A stretch of DNA of 64,000 nt from Macrostomum lignano (Eukaryota): positions 310,001 to 374,000 of the forward strand of contig NIVC01001811.1 in assembly GCA_002269645.1 (NCBI GenBank). Direction: 5' to 3'. The position numbers were made by a program, and so were the translations under genes. Of the stretch, positions 12,251 to 26,129 are shown one piece after another (the first letter of the stretch is position 1; each line of letters starts with the position of its first letter). Under the pieces are notes generated by a model, which made no database searches, was not told the DNA's origin, and saw nothing but the letters and a program-made list of their open reading frames with translations.

Positions 12251-13548
12251 TTCCCAATGGGTCTTTTATGTTCGACAGAGCGCTTCTGTTATACTATTAT
12301 ACGAGTATATCGGCAGTCTTGCAGAACTCAGCATTTAGCAATGCCTTAGTTTTGCAGAATCTTCTGCAGTTTAGCAATGGTTCACCAGCAGTTTAGCAGT
12401 GATGGCTCACCAGCACTGTTTTGCACAATCAGTGAGCAGATGGCCATTGATCTCGATGGTTCTCAATAATTGAAACCATTTGAAATTTTTGCAACTTGCA
12501 GTTGAAATTTGATTTGCAATCTTATTACATATTTATTACTAATTATTATATGCGTCAGATTAGCACTGCTCCTCGATTAGCGCTGCTCACCCAGATTAGC
12601 AATACCCTTTGCAAATTAGCACTTAAAACCGATTAGCACTACTCTAGAAGCTTAACGTAGCCCCAGTAAAATTTATAAATTTAAATGTTAAAAAATTGCA
12701 TAAATCTGCATGCATAGAAGACATTCGCTGCTTCAATGCAGACTCGAACTGCCGACCTTCTACCAGAAGCCTTATACTATTCAAGAAGTTAAGTAACTTC
12801 AGAAGTTTAAAGTTAACCCCCCCTTCAGAAATTGACAGTTATCCCCACAACAACCTGAAATTTGCTATTCCTTCTAATCCCGCAAACAGACTACAGTCAT
12901 TGTACTCTTAGCAGCATACTCTTAGCAGCCTGCAGTTATCCACTTTGCCGTCTACAACTTTCATTAACATCAGCAAACTACAATAATTTACTCAGCAGTC
13001 CGCAGATATCCCCTCAACAACTTGCACTTAATTATTCACAGTTATTATCCACTTAAAACTCTGTAGATAGCTATCCCCTCGGCAGTTTGCAGCTATACAC
13101 TCATAAGTCTGAAGATACTACAATAGTCTGGAGATATTTTTCAATTTTCCCTTTTGCAGTCTGCATGAATGATCCATTCGACAATCTGCAGTTCCCCTCG
13201 GCATCTGCAATTCTCCTCTCGGCCGGCTCCTCAATCTTCTCAGCGATGATCCTTCCAATAATCTAAAAATTTGCTCAACATTTAGTACGGCTCACTAATC
13301 AGTTTTCGATACACATCGGTAGTCTTGCGCAGCTCAGCAATACCTTCAGCAGTTTAGCTGTTTAGTAGCATCGTCTGCAATTTGGGATCAGTACACGAAG
13401 TAGTTTTTTACAAATCAAATTTGCTTTGCAGCTTGCGCCGAATAGCAAAAATAATACATTAAGTGTGGCTTGCTAATTAATCAAAAAATGTCGCGATTAA
13501 TCGAGGCACGAGCTTTAAATGAATTAACTTATTTAATTTGAATTATCC

Positions 13549-13622
13549 GCCGGGGAGGCGGACTCGAACCTTGGACCTTACGCCTAGCCTAAACCTAGTC
13601 CTAGTGCCTACACTGCGGCTGT
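13549..13622 (-). pseudogene. tRNA-derived fragment
   Basis: Perfect B-box GGTTCGAGTCC on the minus strand; other arms irregular. Confidence 0.4.
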
Positions 13623-14059
13623 TCCGCCTACTGATTGGAGGGCGCAAAAATCAGCCATATATTCTTCGGCACTGCAGTCAAATACATAGCAGTGATAGGT
13701 TGCCCAGTGTGCACATGTTCTTTGCTGGCAGAGCCAATGCACAGTTAAGAGAAATCTATAAATAGCAATTGTCTATGCAGTCCGCCATTCAGCCAGGGTC
13801 AGAAGAATGTACACACGCAGCCACTGAGCATTATTTTAATTTCAATACTTTTAAAATGCACTGGCTGATTTTTCTCTCCCTCCAGAGTGCCTGCGCAATG
13901 CTTGGCACACTGCCTTCACCTAAAAAACTCAGAGTCAGTTTATAGCGAGAATATGCAGTACGCAGTTGTGGCGCAATCATAATTAGAATTGGAATTCAGC
14001 CAGTCAATAATTCAACCTTGCTTGGCCTTCCATTAAAAGCATAGGGAAAGCTCGATTTA

Positions 14060-14810
14060 TTTTCGAATATTAATACCTTTTACATTATAGCAGATAAAAG
14101 AAATTTTAACTGTCTTCTTTTCAGATAATTAGAAATCTTTTGGCGAAGAAGCGATCAAAATTGATCAAGAATTGCAGTCTGTAGAGCGTTACAGAAAAAC
14201 AGATCTTAGACGTATAAGAGCTGTCTGCCAGCATCCAGAGTAATTTTATTTTTGACCTCTGGTATAATTGCGCAATTTAGATAGATTAATCATCTCGGCA
14301 GTGGGGCCCACTGGTTCATCAGTTGGCTCTGGCGCAATCATTAAAATTGGCTGTAAATTATCTCGCTGCAAGCAGGTTGATAAAAAATACATTGAAAACG
14401 CCCATTTAAATTCGAATATTTAATCCCTTTAGCATTGAAGCAGATTAAATAAATTTTAACTGTCTTTCCAGATAATTACAAATCTTTTGGCGAAAACGCG
14501 ATCAAAATTGGTCAAGAATTGCTATCTCTAGAGCGTTTTGGACAAACATACAAACAAATATTAGAGATTTAGTATATTTAGATTAGAGATTTAGTATATT
14601 TAGATTTAGTATATTTAGATGGATGCATGGAAGATTAGAAGATAGAAGATTTAGAAGACAAGCAAGCAAGCATACAAACCTTAGGGATTTAGTATATTTA
14701 GAAGAAGAAAAATTAGAAGAGGAAGATTAGAAGAATTGCGAGCTCTAGAGCGTTATGGACAAGCAAGCATACAAACAAACCTTAGAGATTTAGTATATTT
14801 AGATTTACGC
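14060..14810. repeat. Duplicated ~140-bp module plus TTAGAGATTTAGTATATTTAGA repeats; third copy at ~46810-46950
   Basis: AAATTTTAACTGTCTT..CAGA.AATT..AATCTTTTGGC.AA shared at ~14100, ~14452 and ~46813. Confidence 0.7.
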
Positions 14811-17800
14811 TTCAACTTTCATAGATCATATACAATATAAGTTACGATAATAATATGTACGGTATTAATGACAGTGTATTTTCGCACAAAAGTAGCTACT
14901 TTCAAACCACCAGCACGTAAACACTTTTGTAAAATTTCACTTTTAATAAAATTTTATAAAATTAACACAATTTTAAATATTGAAAACTTTTTAAGGAGGT
15001 TATTACTGTTGCATGTCACTAAACTCATGGTAGGTATAGCTGATAATGAAACTGTTGATTGGTATCTAGCTTTTTTGATAAGTTAGCCAGTGAAACCCCG
15101 AAAAAGCTATTGTAACGCTGGAGCCAAATACAATGGAGCGATTAGCTAGTTTCTCTCAAATCTGTCTCTGCCAGTGCCAGTTTAGTCCATAGTAAGTAAC
15201 CAAACTAAAATTCCCATTAGTGGTCCCGTTTCTAACGTTTATAAATATTAAGATTCAATTTACTTTTGGCACAGTATGCAATTTTGAAATTCACCCTCAA
15301 AATGGTTTGCACCAGCAGGAAAGTAACTATTTTGTTGTTGGAAATCGGATTAAGCAGTCAAAGAAGTGTATTTCTATGAAAAAAGTACTTTTTTCCTTTT
15401 TCAAATATTTAAACAGGTTTCGCTCTTTCAATAAAAAAATCATCGCAGTACCTTAAAGTACAGTTAGTTCGGAATTAAATGACGGCGTTGAATTGTTTCT
15501 TCGATGTTCCAAAAATTATAATGAGCACTTTTCCTCAAAGCAGTTTGAGTTCATGATTTTTAGTCTTTCGCGAAGGTGAGGGGCCCGCCGCCAGGCGGGG
15601 GGGGGTTAATAAAGAGCGCAAAAGGGGGGTAGCGTAAACACGGAGGGCCTTCATTGGCTGGCGAGAGAATTTGAAATTATCGATCGTGCCAAAATTCACA
15701 GGCGAGTGCAAGGCCTACCAAATACACAGTGAATTAGCAGTTGATACAGATTATTTGCACGCTACTACAAGTAAACGTTAAAATAAACTATTGGAGAAAT
15801 TAAAATAAGAAATTTCAAGGGAAACTATAGTCCAACGGCCCTTTTGCGGGACCACTTAAACTAGCAACGTCACAACTTCCTTATTTCAAATGTTTAAGAA
15901 TTGAAAGCTTCCACACTTGTGTACCTTTGAATTGCGCATCGATTGGTGCACAACAAGCGCAAAGAACTGAGAATGTCAGTTACTTGCAGAGAATATCGAG
16001 CGCTCGTAGGTCTTCCCCCTTTATTTCAAAACACGAGCGAAAGCGCTTGTGCATCGAAAGAAAGGGGCGAAGGCCGAAAACTGTCTATGGCAATCATCAA
16101 CCAATGAAAAGGCACGGGGGGGAACCGGATGCAAAAGAGTCAAAAACGAAAATAGCCAGAGCCAGAATAGCAATCCATTCTATTCATTCATCCATGGTTC
16201 ATATATTCCATAGTCTATGGGTTAGAGAAATCCATTAGAGACGCGGAGATCGCAAGGCCACGCGAAGCAAATGGTCAGTATGTTTTTTATCGTTGTTGAT
16301 GGCGTCGGCGGCGGCGGTGCTTCAGTCGCCAGACTGCGGCAGCCCCTCCCAAATGTGCTCAAAAAAATCTTTAAAAAAGCGGTCACGCCGCTCGAAGATG
16401 GTGCCGACTTCGCTCCGCTTCACGTAGCTGGCCATGTAGATCATCTGACAATCGTGATGGCCCAGCTTTTTCAGCTGCTCCTGCAGGTAGCGGATGGCGG
16501 CAAATTCGCCATTGGCTTCGCCCAGCAATGAAAGTAAACGTAAACTGCCAGTGGCTCCTTACAGAAATCACCGTCATCATTTTTGCTTACAATATTTTGC
16601 TCCCACAAAATCCGACTGGCGTATCCCGATTGCGTTAAGCACCTGCTGAATACAGCGGTTGCCGCGAACATTCAGCCAGCTTTCTAAGCACAGCAAAATC
16701 GACACAATCTCAAGGCACTTGCGGCCGGCTGTTAAAGCCGCCAACTTTAACTCCTGGGCAACGTCCTCAAGCCCAAAGACGCTGGCGACGAGGTTGGGTC
16801 GCAGCACCAAGTCGGCCAAGAGTCAGCTGCTTCCGTAGCCAGAGGCGTTCCAGCGTGGCTCCAACAAAGCAGCAAATATTCTTCCAGCGACGGCCTTGGC
16901 TCTGGTTGGCAGAGACGCGCAGTTTTACTTGCGGACTACCAGAGTGCTGTCAAGCGGCCAAGCATAGCATCGATGGATGGTCGGTCTGCTGCTACTCCCA
17001 AAGCCACCTTTCTGGGGGAATGTGGGGATGTTTTTTCGATGGTAGTAAAGGTTCCAGCCTGAAATAATGTCAGTGCTGTTTTGCTGGTTGCATTTTCTTT
17101 TTTAGGTTTCTTGGTGCCATCTGACCTGCTTCCTGTGAGGAATCAGCAGCAGCAGCAGCAGCATGATCAGTGTGCCCGCCGTCACCAACATCAGAACTAG
17201 ATGATGTAGTCAGCTGCTGCAACTCGGGCGCCGCTATTTCCAGTGGTTTAAGCGCCATCGTTTAAATCAATACAACCATCAGTCGGCTGTCACTGCGGCA
17301 CAGTTATGAAACTGCTGTTGCAGGCTGCGCGTCCCATGGATTTTGCACCAGTGACCAGACGATCTACGATCGCCCCCTCGTCATCTTCGGCTGATGATGG
17401 TAGCGCAGATGACCCTATCTCCTTGTCGTCGTCAACTTCTGCTGTTGAGTCTGCGCGCAGACTGATGGCCGGTTGTCACTGGATGAATTGATGGACGGCA
17501 CCGATTACTTCAAGGCGATGACTGGCCTTGCTGGTGCAGTTGACAGCTAGATGATATCTTGCCGCTGCTTGATATTTGCGGCGGCCCACTGGTCCTCTGT
17601 TGAACGCATCCGCTCCGGCATGTTCAGAGAAAAACTTTGCACTTCTCGTACTGGTTTTTATAGTGCCTCTTCCGATTTACACGGGCACGCACTCGCAACA
17701 CAATAGGCACATTTAGCCTCTTTTTTTAGATTGCATTTTTCTCTAATAATTATAAAATAAAAATATGAACAACACAATTTTAATGAAAATGCACAGTCCC

Positions 17801-19626
17801 TATCTAGCATTTGCATCACATGAAGCTGTTTCATATTTAATTTATATCAAAGGGACTACTTGAATTCCTAATACAGAGGGTAAGCGTTGTATAACATTCA
17901 TGCAACGTAGTATAATAACATATACCTATACGACCAACTGACGCGATAATATTTGTACAAAGAATGCTAGCTGGGATATTGATCGTTTGGGCACTACTTT
18001 CTACAACAGCATCTAAATTGCCTAAAGCAGCAGTTAGTTAAAAGAAAAACTATCAATGGTCTAGATGAGTGTTGATTTTTTTCTCTAGCACTTTTATTAG
18101 CTAAGTTTTGGCCTATCACGTGGTCATCACTGAGACGCGCGGGTCTGACTTCTACCTAACCGAATCGTTTGTGGCTTAAACCACAGACTGTACCGCTAAT
18201 TAGACTGTCAGATTTCGGAGAGTAAAAATCAAGACAAAATTCAAATAGATTTTTCAAAGCAATGTTAAATTTTGTATTATAAGAGAAGACATAAATATTT
18301 AAACATTGAACATGGTATGGTTTAAACTATTGATTTATTTGGATCTTAAAAATGTTTTTTAAATACATAACGTTTTTACCATATGAATTTTCATTGCCCG
18401 AAAATAAGAGTTCGGCGTTGCTCTGCATCATGTGGGCCGGACAGCGTTACGTTGCCGATTGCACATCTCTCGTTTACACAGGTTGCTATCGCTCGACCTA
18501 TATGTTAGGTGTACTCGCTTCTGCTTGCAAAATTTTATGCCAGAGCTTGCAAATTTTGACTAGCATCTTGAGTCCGCGTATCATGCGATGCAACCAGTGC
18601 GGAAATTTTGACCTCGAATTTTGGCCTCAAAAATGGGAGGGATGATACGGCAACTCAAAATGACAGGCCGCGTTGTTCTGCGCCATGTGGACCGGATAGG
18701 CAACACATGCCTAATTTTCAATTCAATCATGGTCTGCACCAGGCGTAGTTCTCACTACGGCTCAATTACAATGTCTTTGTCGGCAGAATTTCGCTATAGG
18801 CTGTTTATACTTGACTAAAAAGAGGGGAGTAAAGCATTAAAATAGTTGAAAAATATTATAATCTGTTTGTTTTGATCAATTTGGAAACATAGCTCGTGTG
18901 ATGCATAGATACTTAACAGATCTTTTTTATTGTATTGGAGGACGCACACGTGTATGACCTAAAATTTGTAAATTGTAAAATATAAAATACAATATTTTTA
19001 TAAGATAAAATTAGACCCTCGCCTAGGCTACATACGTTCGTAAGATCGAATTGAATATCGTTTTCATCTGTATTTTTACAAGCGTAAACGTCATCATTGT
19101 CAGTTTAACAAGATATTATTTGCTTGTGTTTAATCATGTATACAGGAAGATGTAAATATCAATTTCATATCAAATAATTAAATTTCGAAATATAAAATAT
19201 TGTTTTTATAGAACAAATTTGGCAAACTAGTTTTTGAAGTCTATGTTAGACAACGCGTATATGCGATTTAGCATGTTGTGATGTAGGTACAAAGACATGT
19301 TTATGGGAAAATAAAGACCCGTTGTTGTGTTTTATGTGTTGATTTAGCGTTGAGCCAAGAGGCAGAGTGCTGTGCCGATGCGACCAGTTGCTGTAAAAGG
19401 CCGAAAACTGTTTGCAACCCATTTCCTTGCGATTCCCAAAGAGTTGGCCAGTCTTCTCAGCCAGGCGCTCACCAACCTTTGGGACCGATTTCATGAAGCA
19501 CTGGTAACTGCTAAATAGCTGCTGTGTTGTGCATCAGTGCTCAGCTTATAGCTTTAGTGCATTATTGTTTTTCTGTCTATGTGACTTAAGCTTCGCTCAA
19601 CTTTCGTTCTGTTGCTGTTTAGTTTG

Positions 19627-21282
19627 TCTATGGCAGTATACTCTTTCTTTCGCAGAGCTCCCTCTCGGTTTCAGCCCTTCTCCCCCTCAAGACCCCGCCT
19701 AGAGCTATGCGCTCAAGATTCCTGATTATATCGTGAAATACAAACGATAACTTTGCACCGCTTGTCATGTTAATCTCGACACACATCAATGGCGTCGCAA
19801 CTCGGCAACCTGCCGCTGGAAAAGCCGGAGAGGGCGCAAACATGGCTGACTGCCTTCCAAGCGTTGGCCAGAGCGAAAGGATGGACTGACACTGCAGAAA
19901 AGAAATGCATCGCCGACAATTTCCTAGCTTGCTGCGGTCTGACTGCACTTGAAAAATTGCAAGATCTTGTGTCTCCACGACTTGTAGCCGACCTGTCGTT
20001 TGCGGACATTGAGAAAACACTCGTGGACTACCTACGACCCAGAGAGAAACTGACCGTGGCGGAGCGGGCGCGGTTCTTCAACGTTTGTCAAGCGCCTAGC
20101 GAGTCCACTGGCGACTTTGTGAGCCGACTTCGTCATGCCGCAATCGATTGCAAATTAGACTCTCTACGCTCGAGCCAAAGCCCATCGGAAGAGTTGATTC
20201 GAATGGCGCTGATCGCTGGACTTCGAGACAGTCGGGAGCAGCAACGCGTGCTAGAGGCCATGCAGTTACAGGAGCTTTCAACATTCCAAACGTCGAGACG
20301 ATGTTCTCACGGCTCAAGAATTCAAATACATTCGCTACTGTGTATATGCGTTCTGCCTATTGACAGATCGAACTGGATGATTCCGCTCGGGTTTTATCCG
20401 TAATAAACACATCCCAGGGGCTCTACCGCGTCAATAGGCTTCAAATGGGGGTGAAGAACGCTTTCTTCATCTTCCAGCGCACAATGGAGTCCATTTTGGA
20501 TGATATTAAAGGTCTACTCATCTACCAAGATAATATTCTCGTACACGGACCGGACGCAATCGTCTTGGAGAAGCGACTAGCGGCAGTCAGCAGGCGCCTC
20601 ACTGAGAAGCGAGTGACTATAAACGAATCCAAGCGCATCAACTATCTTTCCCGTCCTGTTGTAGCAAGCAAGCCATGGCTTCAAAGCCCCACTTTCGACC
20701 TTCCTTTTTAGCCAAGGCCTTTACAGCATTAGCATAATCCATTCCATGGCTTCTTCGATCTGCCATATCCTCTGGAGAAGGCCTGATTGATGTGTGTCGA
20801 GATTAACATGACAAGCGGTGCAAAGTTATCGTTTGTATTTCACGGTATAATCAGGAATCTTGAGCGCATAGCTCTAGGCGGGGTCTTGAGGGGGAGAAGT
20901 GCTGAAACCGAGAGGGAGCTCTGCGAAAGAAAGAGTATACTGCCATAGAGCCATCGTTGATCCCCTCTACTATTGGCTACGGGCCAATGGTGTCCATAAA
21001 CTTGAATCGCCAGCTTATTATCCACATACAAACGGAGCGGCCGAACGCGCTGTACAGACCGTCAAAGCTGCACTGCACGCGTGGTCAGAGAAAATTACGC
21101 ACATGGACTTCAGCCATTTTCTGCAGAAAGTGCTGCTCCATCATCGGAACTCAGCATCGTCCCGGGGGCAATGCCCGGCCGAGAGACTGTTCGGCAAAAA
21201 GCTCAGAGTACCGGTGGTGACGCACTTTGAGCAAGGTGACGGCGTCATCTATCGGCCTACTGCCTCCGCAAGCACCAATTAA
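19627..21282 (+). mobile_element. Heavily deleted Ty3/gypsy-like remnant (gag, RT and integrase pieces)
   Basis: gag 19789-20280 (ERARFF..Q..ES..DFVSRLR..A.DC); RT piece LIYQDNIL; integrase piece YPHTNGAAERAVQTVK...PAERLFGKKLR. Confidence 0.8.
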
Positions 21283-21470
21283 GCCACATTTCTATTGACT
21301 TCAGGGCGCAACACTTATAACAGTCTGCTAAGAGTATGTATCATAAAGATGTATGTGGTAAAAATGGGGGTTTAGCAGACTTCCAATTCTTGGTTTCATG
21401 AGCGTAACAGTTCTGCTAAGAAGTGGTGAAATTTATCGCTAAAGTTTAGCATCCTAGATAGCTGACTAAC

Positions 21471-21830
21471 ATGGATTTATTCGATGCCCTACATCTGGCA
21501 GTTCTACAAGGCAAGCGTCGACAGAGAGTTTTTAATGAGCGTGTGCATTATGTCGCTGACGCTGATTTCAAACAGTGTTATGGAATGAACGAACAGACAT
21601 TTGATTCTCTACTGGATCGCATTAACCCACATTTGGAGTACGATACTGTAAGAGCGGGAAGTCTTAGTGCCCGCTAGCAGGTTTTGACGGCGCAGCGATT
21701 CTACACCTCCAATAGTTTTATCACGTTACTGAGGGCCGCGCATGGGCCTTACGAGTCAACTGTGACGCTTGTCTTGAAGCGCGTGACAAGCGCTATCAAC
21801 ACAGAGTTTTTCCAAGAATCTGGGCATTGA
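21471..21830 (+). pseudogene. Harbinger (HARBI1-like) transposase N-terminal fragment
   Basis: FKQCYGMNEQTFDSLLDRI...LSAR*QVLTAQRFY. Confidence 0.65.
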
Positions 21831-22239
21831 ACTACCCTATGTACTGTAAAGACGGCGTGGGTTGCACTACAAGACTATATTAAATCGTTACTGTTGTCCT
21901 CTTTTAATTTTGCACTTTTAATGTTTTAAACTCAATCGTTTCGGCTTCGTCTATGGCCCAGCCCGATATCGGGCAGAGAATGGGCCGTTTCTTCAGCAGT
22001 CTTTCCCCGCAAAATCAAGCAAGAATACATGCAGGGTGATAGGGCACAAAACATCAACATGTATTGTCTATGGCAAAATCCGTCTGGCAACAGATTTTGC
22101 ACACTGATAAAAAAATACATGGACTTTAGTAGTGCTAGTCGATTTTTATAAAAACTAATTTTTAACCATAGATAAAATTCACATATGATTTATCCATTAA
22201 TAGGTAACGTAAATTACATTCTTTATAAAATTGACCCTA

Positions 22240-23327
22240 GGGACCAATTTCATGAAGCACTGGTAACTTAGCAGTTAGCAGCAGCTAACTTAGCATCTGC
22301 TATTTAACAGTCACTAAAATTTGGTTTCAAGAAAGAAATGCTAAGTAGCAGTTGCTAAGTTAGCAGTTCGACTGTACCATAGACGAAATCTGTACGTGCT
22401 GATTTTGTGTGCTTTACGAACGTTGCTATCTTTCTTTCGTTCCCTAAACTGCAGCGAAGAAAGAGTTTCAGTTAAAATGGCATTAATTGATCAAAATAAA
22501 TTATTCCTAAGTTTGATGAGAGATCGCAAGGCTGTTCTGTTTGGAAGTTTGGCAGACAACTCCGAAGCGAAGAGCAAGAAGAGAAAGGCATGGGAGGAGA
22601 TTTGAGATGTTATGGAGGCGAGCGGTTTGTGCAAGTCAGTTGAGTATCTGCGCGATACGCTGTGGAAGAATGTTCGCCTAACGTCAATGAAGAAGATCGA
22701 CGCTCGCCATCAGACAGGCGCAGCAGAAGGTGAAACCATTAAGGAGACCGACATAGATCGCCTGGTCCTAGAGGTGATTGGAAAGGACAGCCCAGTCGTT
22801 CGCTCACTCGAGGTTGAGGAGGACATACCGCGCATGCGAACAGAAGCTTATAGTGGATCTCCCAACGGAGCAGATAGCTATGGACCCGCTTTGTGCCTGG
22901 ACCAAGCTGCAGCTGAACCTTCAATGCTCCGGGGCGACTCGCCTGATGGACCGCCAGGAACCACCCAGGGACTGCCGACCCCACGTCGGAAGACGGATGC
23001 GGTGAAATTAGATAAGGACGCTCTGGTGCTGAAGTTTCTCAGTCTGCGCAATAAGAAACTGCGCCTCGAGATTCGGAAGCTCGAGCAAGAGCTTGTCGGG
23101 TCCTATCGAAGTTATGCTGAATAAGTGATATTTGACTGTTTGAGTTTGAGTGCACACAAAAATAACAACAACAATAAACGAGAAACAGTTTTGCTCAACG
23201 GGGAGAAGTAATTTTCATTTTCAAATGCATATAAAGATCAATTAAACAGTTAAAACAGTCTTCGTCTGTTTTCTTGCATCCCTGCTGCCCCAGCTGCTGG
23301 TGGAGGCTCGGCTGCGTCAGGCAACAA
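22240..23327 (+). mobile_element. Harbinger partial: terminus-like GGGACCAATTTCATGAAGCACTGG, Myb/SANT-like ORF 22477-23124 (one stop), convergent transposase tail
   Basis: KRKAWEEI...LRDTLWKN, VLEVIGKDSP, LSLRNKKLRLEI; the same terminal motif occurs at 19481. Confidence 0.7.
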
Positions 23328-23589
23328 GGGAGTGTTTTACGAACGAAAGTTGAAACTTAAAATCAAACTTAGGATTGAGTTTAAGATCGACGTGTTCTAT
23401 GAAGATAAAAGTCGATCTTAGCTGGGATCCAACTTGGTCTGACCTAATGGAAGATAAGATCAAACTTACGACTGGTGCATTTTATCAAGAGAGACTGTCT
23501 ATGACCAAAACTGTCATGGTCGATCCTCACTTTAGGACACATCTAGAGTTGTCCTAAGTTTCAAGTCGCTATTTGAACAGCAAGAGCCG

Positions 23590-24701
23590 ATCTTTTGGAA
23601 TAAAATTTTTGCCGTTTTAATTGCTCGGCGTGCGACCGAGAGGCAAAGGATTCCTCGGGTTTTTCGGGACAGGTTAGTGATAATTATATATTATTCTTTC
23701 AATATATCATGAAATGATATTGTAAACTGCAATGCAATGTGTCAACTTTAGGAGCGATCAGCTGGCCTTTGACGATGGCGAACTACTGAAGCGCTACAGG
23801 TTCCCCAGAGTTGTCATTGTGGATCTATTGAACCAAATGATACCTGCACTGAAGTCTAAGACGAAGAGAAGTCATGCCATACCCGCACTCCTGAAACTCT
23901 GTGTAGCTCTGAACTACTTTGCTACCTTATGTCTGTATAGTAATTTGCAGGCATCTTTTGGGATCTCTCGACCATCCGTCAGCAAGGTCGTTCGGGAGGT
24001 GGTTGCTTGATTGGCGTCAACCGCTGGGGACGACGTTCATTTCGGGTCCGAGATGCAGAGGGAGACAATTGCTGCCATTGCCGGCTTTCCTAATGTGCTT
24101 GGTTGCATCGATGGGACGCACATTGCCATCAAGTCGCCAATTGACGACGAGAACGTGTATGTGAATCGCAAAGGGTATCATTCCATCAACGTGCAATGTG
24201 TGTGATTATGACTTTAAAATTTTGGATGCGGTAGTGCGCTTCCCAGGCTCTGCGAACGATTCGTTCATTTTCAATCAGTCTGCCCTGAAGCACCGGATCG
24301 TTGCCGGCGAGTTTGGTGACAAATGGCTCCTTGGGGACAGCGGCTACGCACTGAAGCCATTCTTGCTTACTCCATATCTGTTCCCGCGTTCTGCTAACGA
24401 GCAAGCTTACAACGGTTCATTACGAAGGACTCATGTTGCAGTAGAAAGGACTTTCGGAATTCTGAAGTCACGGTTCCTCTGTTTGTCGCACAAAGTGACT
24501 GGGCCTCTGCCTTTTCACCCGACTGTTGCTACTCGGGTCATTTTCGCCTGTATTTGTTTGCACAATAGGGCCCGTCGTTATCGTGTGCCTGACGTAGCAG
24601 AGATGGAGGTTGAAGATGTCATTGACGACGGCTTTGAAGGACACGAAGCGGACACTGCTGGAAGCGCTGCTCGGGACAAGTTGACCAGCTACTACTTCTA
24701 G
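23590..24701 (+). pseudogene. Harbinger DDE transposase with GT-AG intron 23673-23751
   Basis: [50 protein letters not shown]; one stop and one frameshift; start position approximate. Confidence 0.9.
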
Positions 24702-25079
24702 CTAGCATGCTTATCTGACTTTCACAGGATCAAGCTAACTTACCCAAGCCCGGTTATTCCTCATTGTCCATCCTGTTTTATTACTATGAACAGTTCAGTT
24801 ACCTTAGTGTGTAATACTGTACGTTCATATTTCTGTCAATTACTGTCACTTTTCTCTTCAAACTTAAACTCATACTCACGGAATGCTTAATTCAATGCGC
24901 GTGATTTTTTTGTACTTTCACCATGCCCTAAGGTGCACAAGTACAGACGCAGACATGGACTGTAAAACTAACAACCAGCAATACTAACAACAAAATTATG
25001 GTAACGATGAAACGACAACCAGCCAGCCAGATGAACACAGTCAACAACACATCTCGACATCTCGACACACCGTGTCAAA

Positions 25080-25743
25080 TTACGATCTGTGCTGCTCGCA
25101 CAGAACGCTTAGCAGATTACACAGCGCAGTCCGAATCTCCTTCAGCTCGGTCAGTGTTTCGCGCTGCAGCTGCACCATCTCGGTTTGCATCCGCAGGGCT
25201 TCAGAGACGTCCTCATCATCGGCTGCGCGGCGCTTGCGACCGTTGCAAGAGGCAGTCTCAGTGTTTTCCTTCTTTGTCGAAGGTGTCGAAGGTGTGTGTC
25301 GAAGGCACATTGGCAGCCTCGTACGTGTCCCGGTTGTTGGCACCGTCGACAGAGCTGACAGGTGAGCTTGACAGACATATTTCACCGCGCAATGGCGTGT
25401 CAACCACCGACGAATCAAAGCCATTCGACACGCCTTTGTAGGCTACATCCGGAAGAAACGAAAGAACCGTCTTGTCGACGTCCGTCAACGGTTCGGCTGC
25501 AGATACACCGCCACCCGTCCGGCGCTGTTCATTGAACGCGGTTGCAGCCTTAGCCTTGGTGTCGCTGCACAATGAGGCCAGCTTCTTTCTGCATTCGTCA
25601 GGGGAGCGTCTTGCGACACCAGCAGCGGACACGGATAGCGTGATTTCCTCGAGCAATTTCTTCTTCTGGTGGTTCGTGCCTGCATCCCTGTGCTTCGCTC
25701 TCAGCATCGGCTTCTCTTTTGCCATCTTATCTAAAAATCTCAT
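25080..25743 (-). pseudogene. Harbinger Myb/SANT-like DNA-binding protein (frameshifted)
   Basis: RRSPDECRKKLASL...TGGG...LTDVDKTVL; coiled-coil tail LQRETLTELKEIR. Confidence 0.82.
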
Positions 25744-26129
25744 CTAAAATTAGGTCTTCTTTTATCAGTCATTCGAATGTGATTTGCAATGCAAAATAAA
25801 CTCAATGAACAAAAAGTACTATAAGCCGTGACCGTGTCTCTGCTGGCTAAAAAAAGGCATATATAAAACGGCTAAAGTTTGACGTCACACGGAGTTAGTC
25901 TATGGTCAACCCTATCTTAAACTTTCTCGTCCACAACCAAAGCTCGACCTTAGCTAAGATCGAGGTTAGAAGTGACTCCTAAGTGTTTGTAAAACGTATT
26001 TACGGCTCAGTCTTAAGTTCGAGCCTAAATTGAAACTTAGGAGTCAGTCTTAAGACGCAGTTCGTAAAACACCCCCCCCCCAGGGGCAGAAGCACCGCAG
26101 CGATGTTGTCGTCTACTTGTTCTTCATAC

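Larger units (their letters stand above)
23328..26076 (+). mobile_element. Near-complete PIF/Harbinger transposon
   Basis: 17-bp TIR GGGAGTGTTTTACGAAC / GTTCGTAAAACACCCCC (1 mismatch); convergent transposase and Myb ORFs. Confidence 0.9.

Noticed and set aside
13549-13622. Possible TTA-anticodon (ochre suppressor) tRNA
   Set aside because: Loop lacks the canonical pyrimidine-U start and the D and acceptor arms are irregular; better read as a decayed tRNA derivative
16322-16528. Mn-catalase/ferritin-like resemblance of LGEANGEFAAIRYL
   Set aside because: Match is a few residues only and the remaining metal ligands are absent
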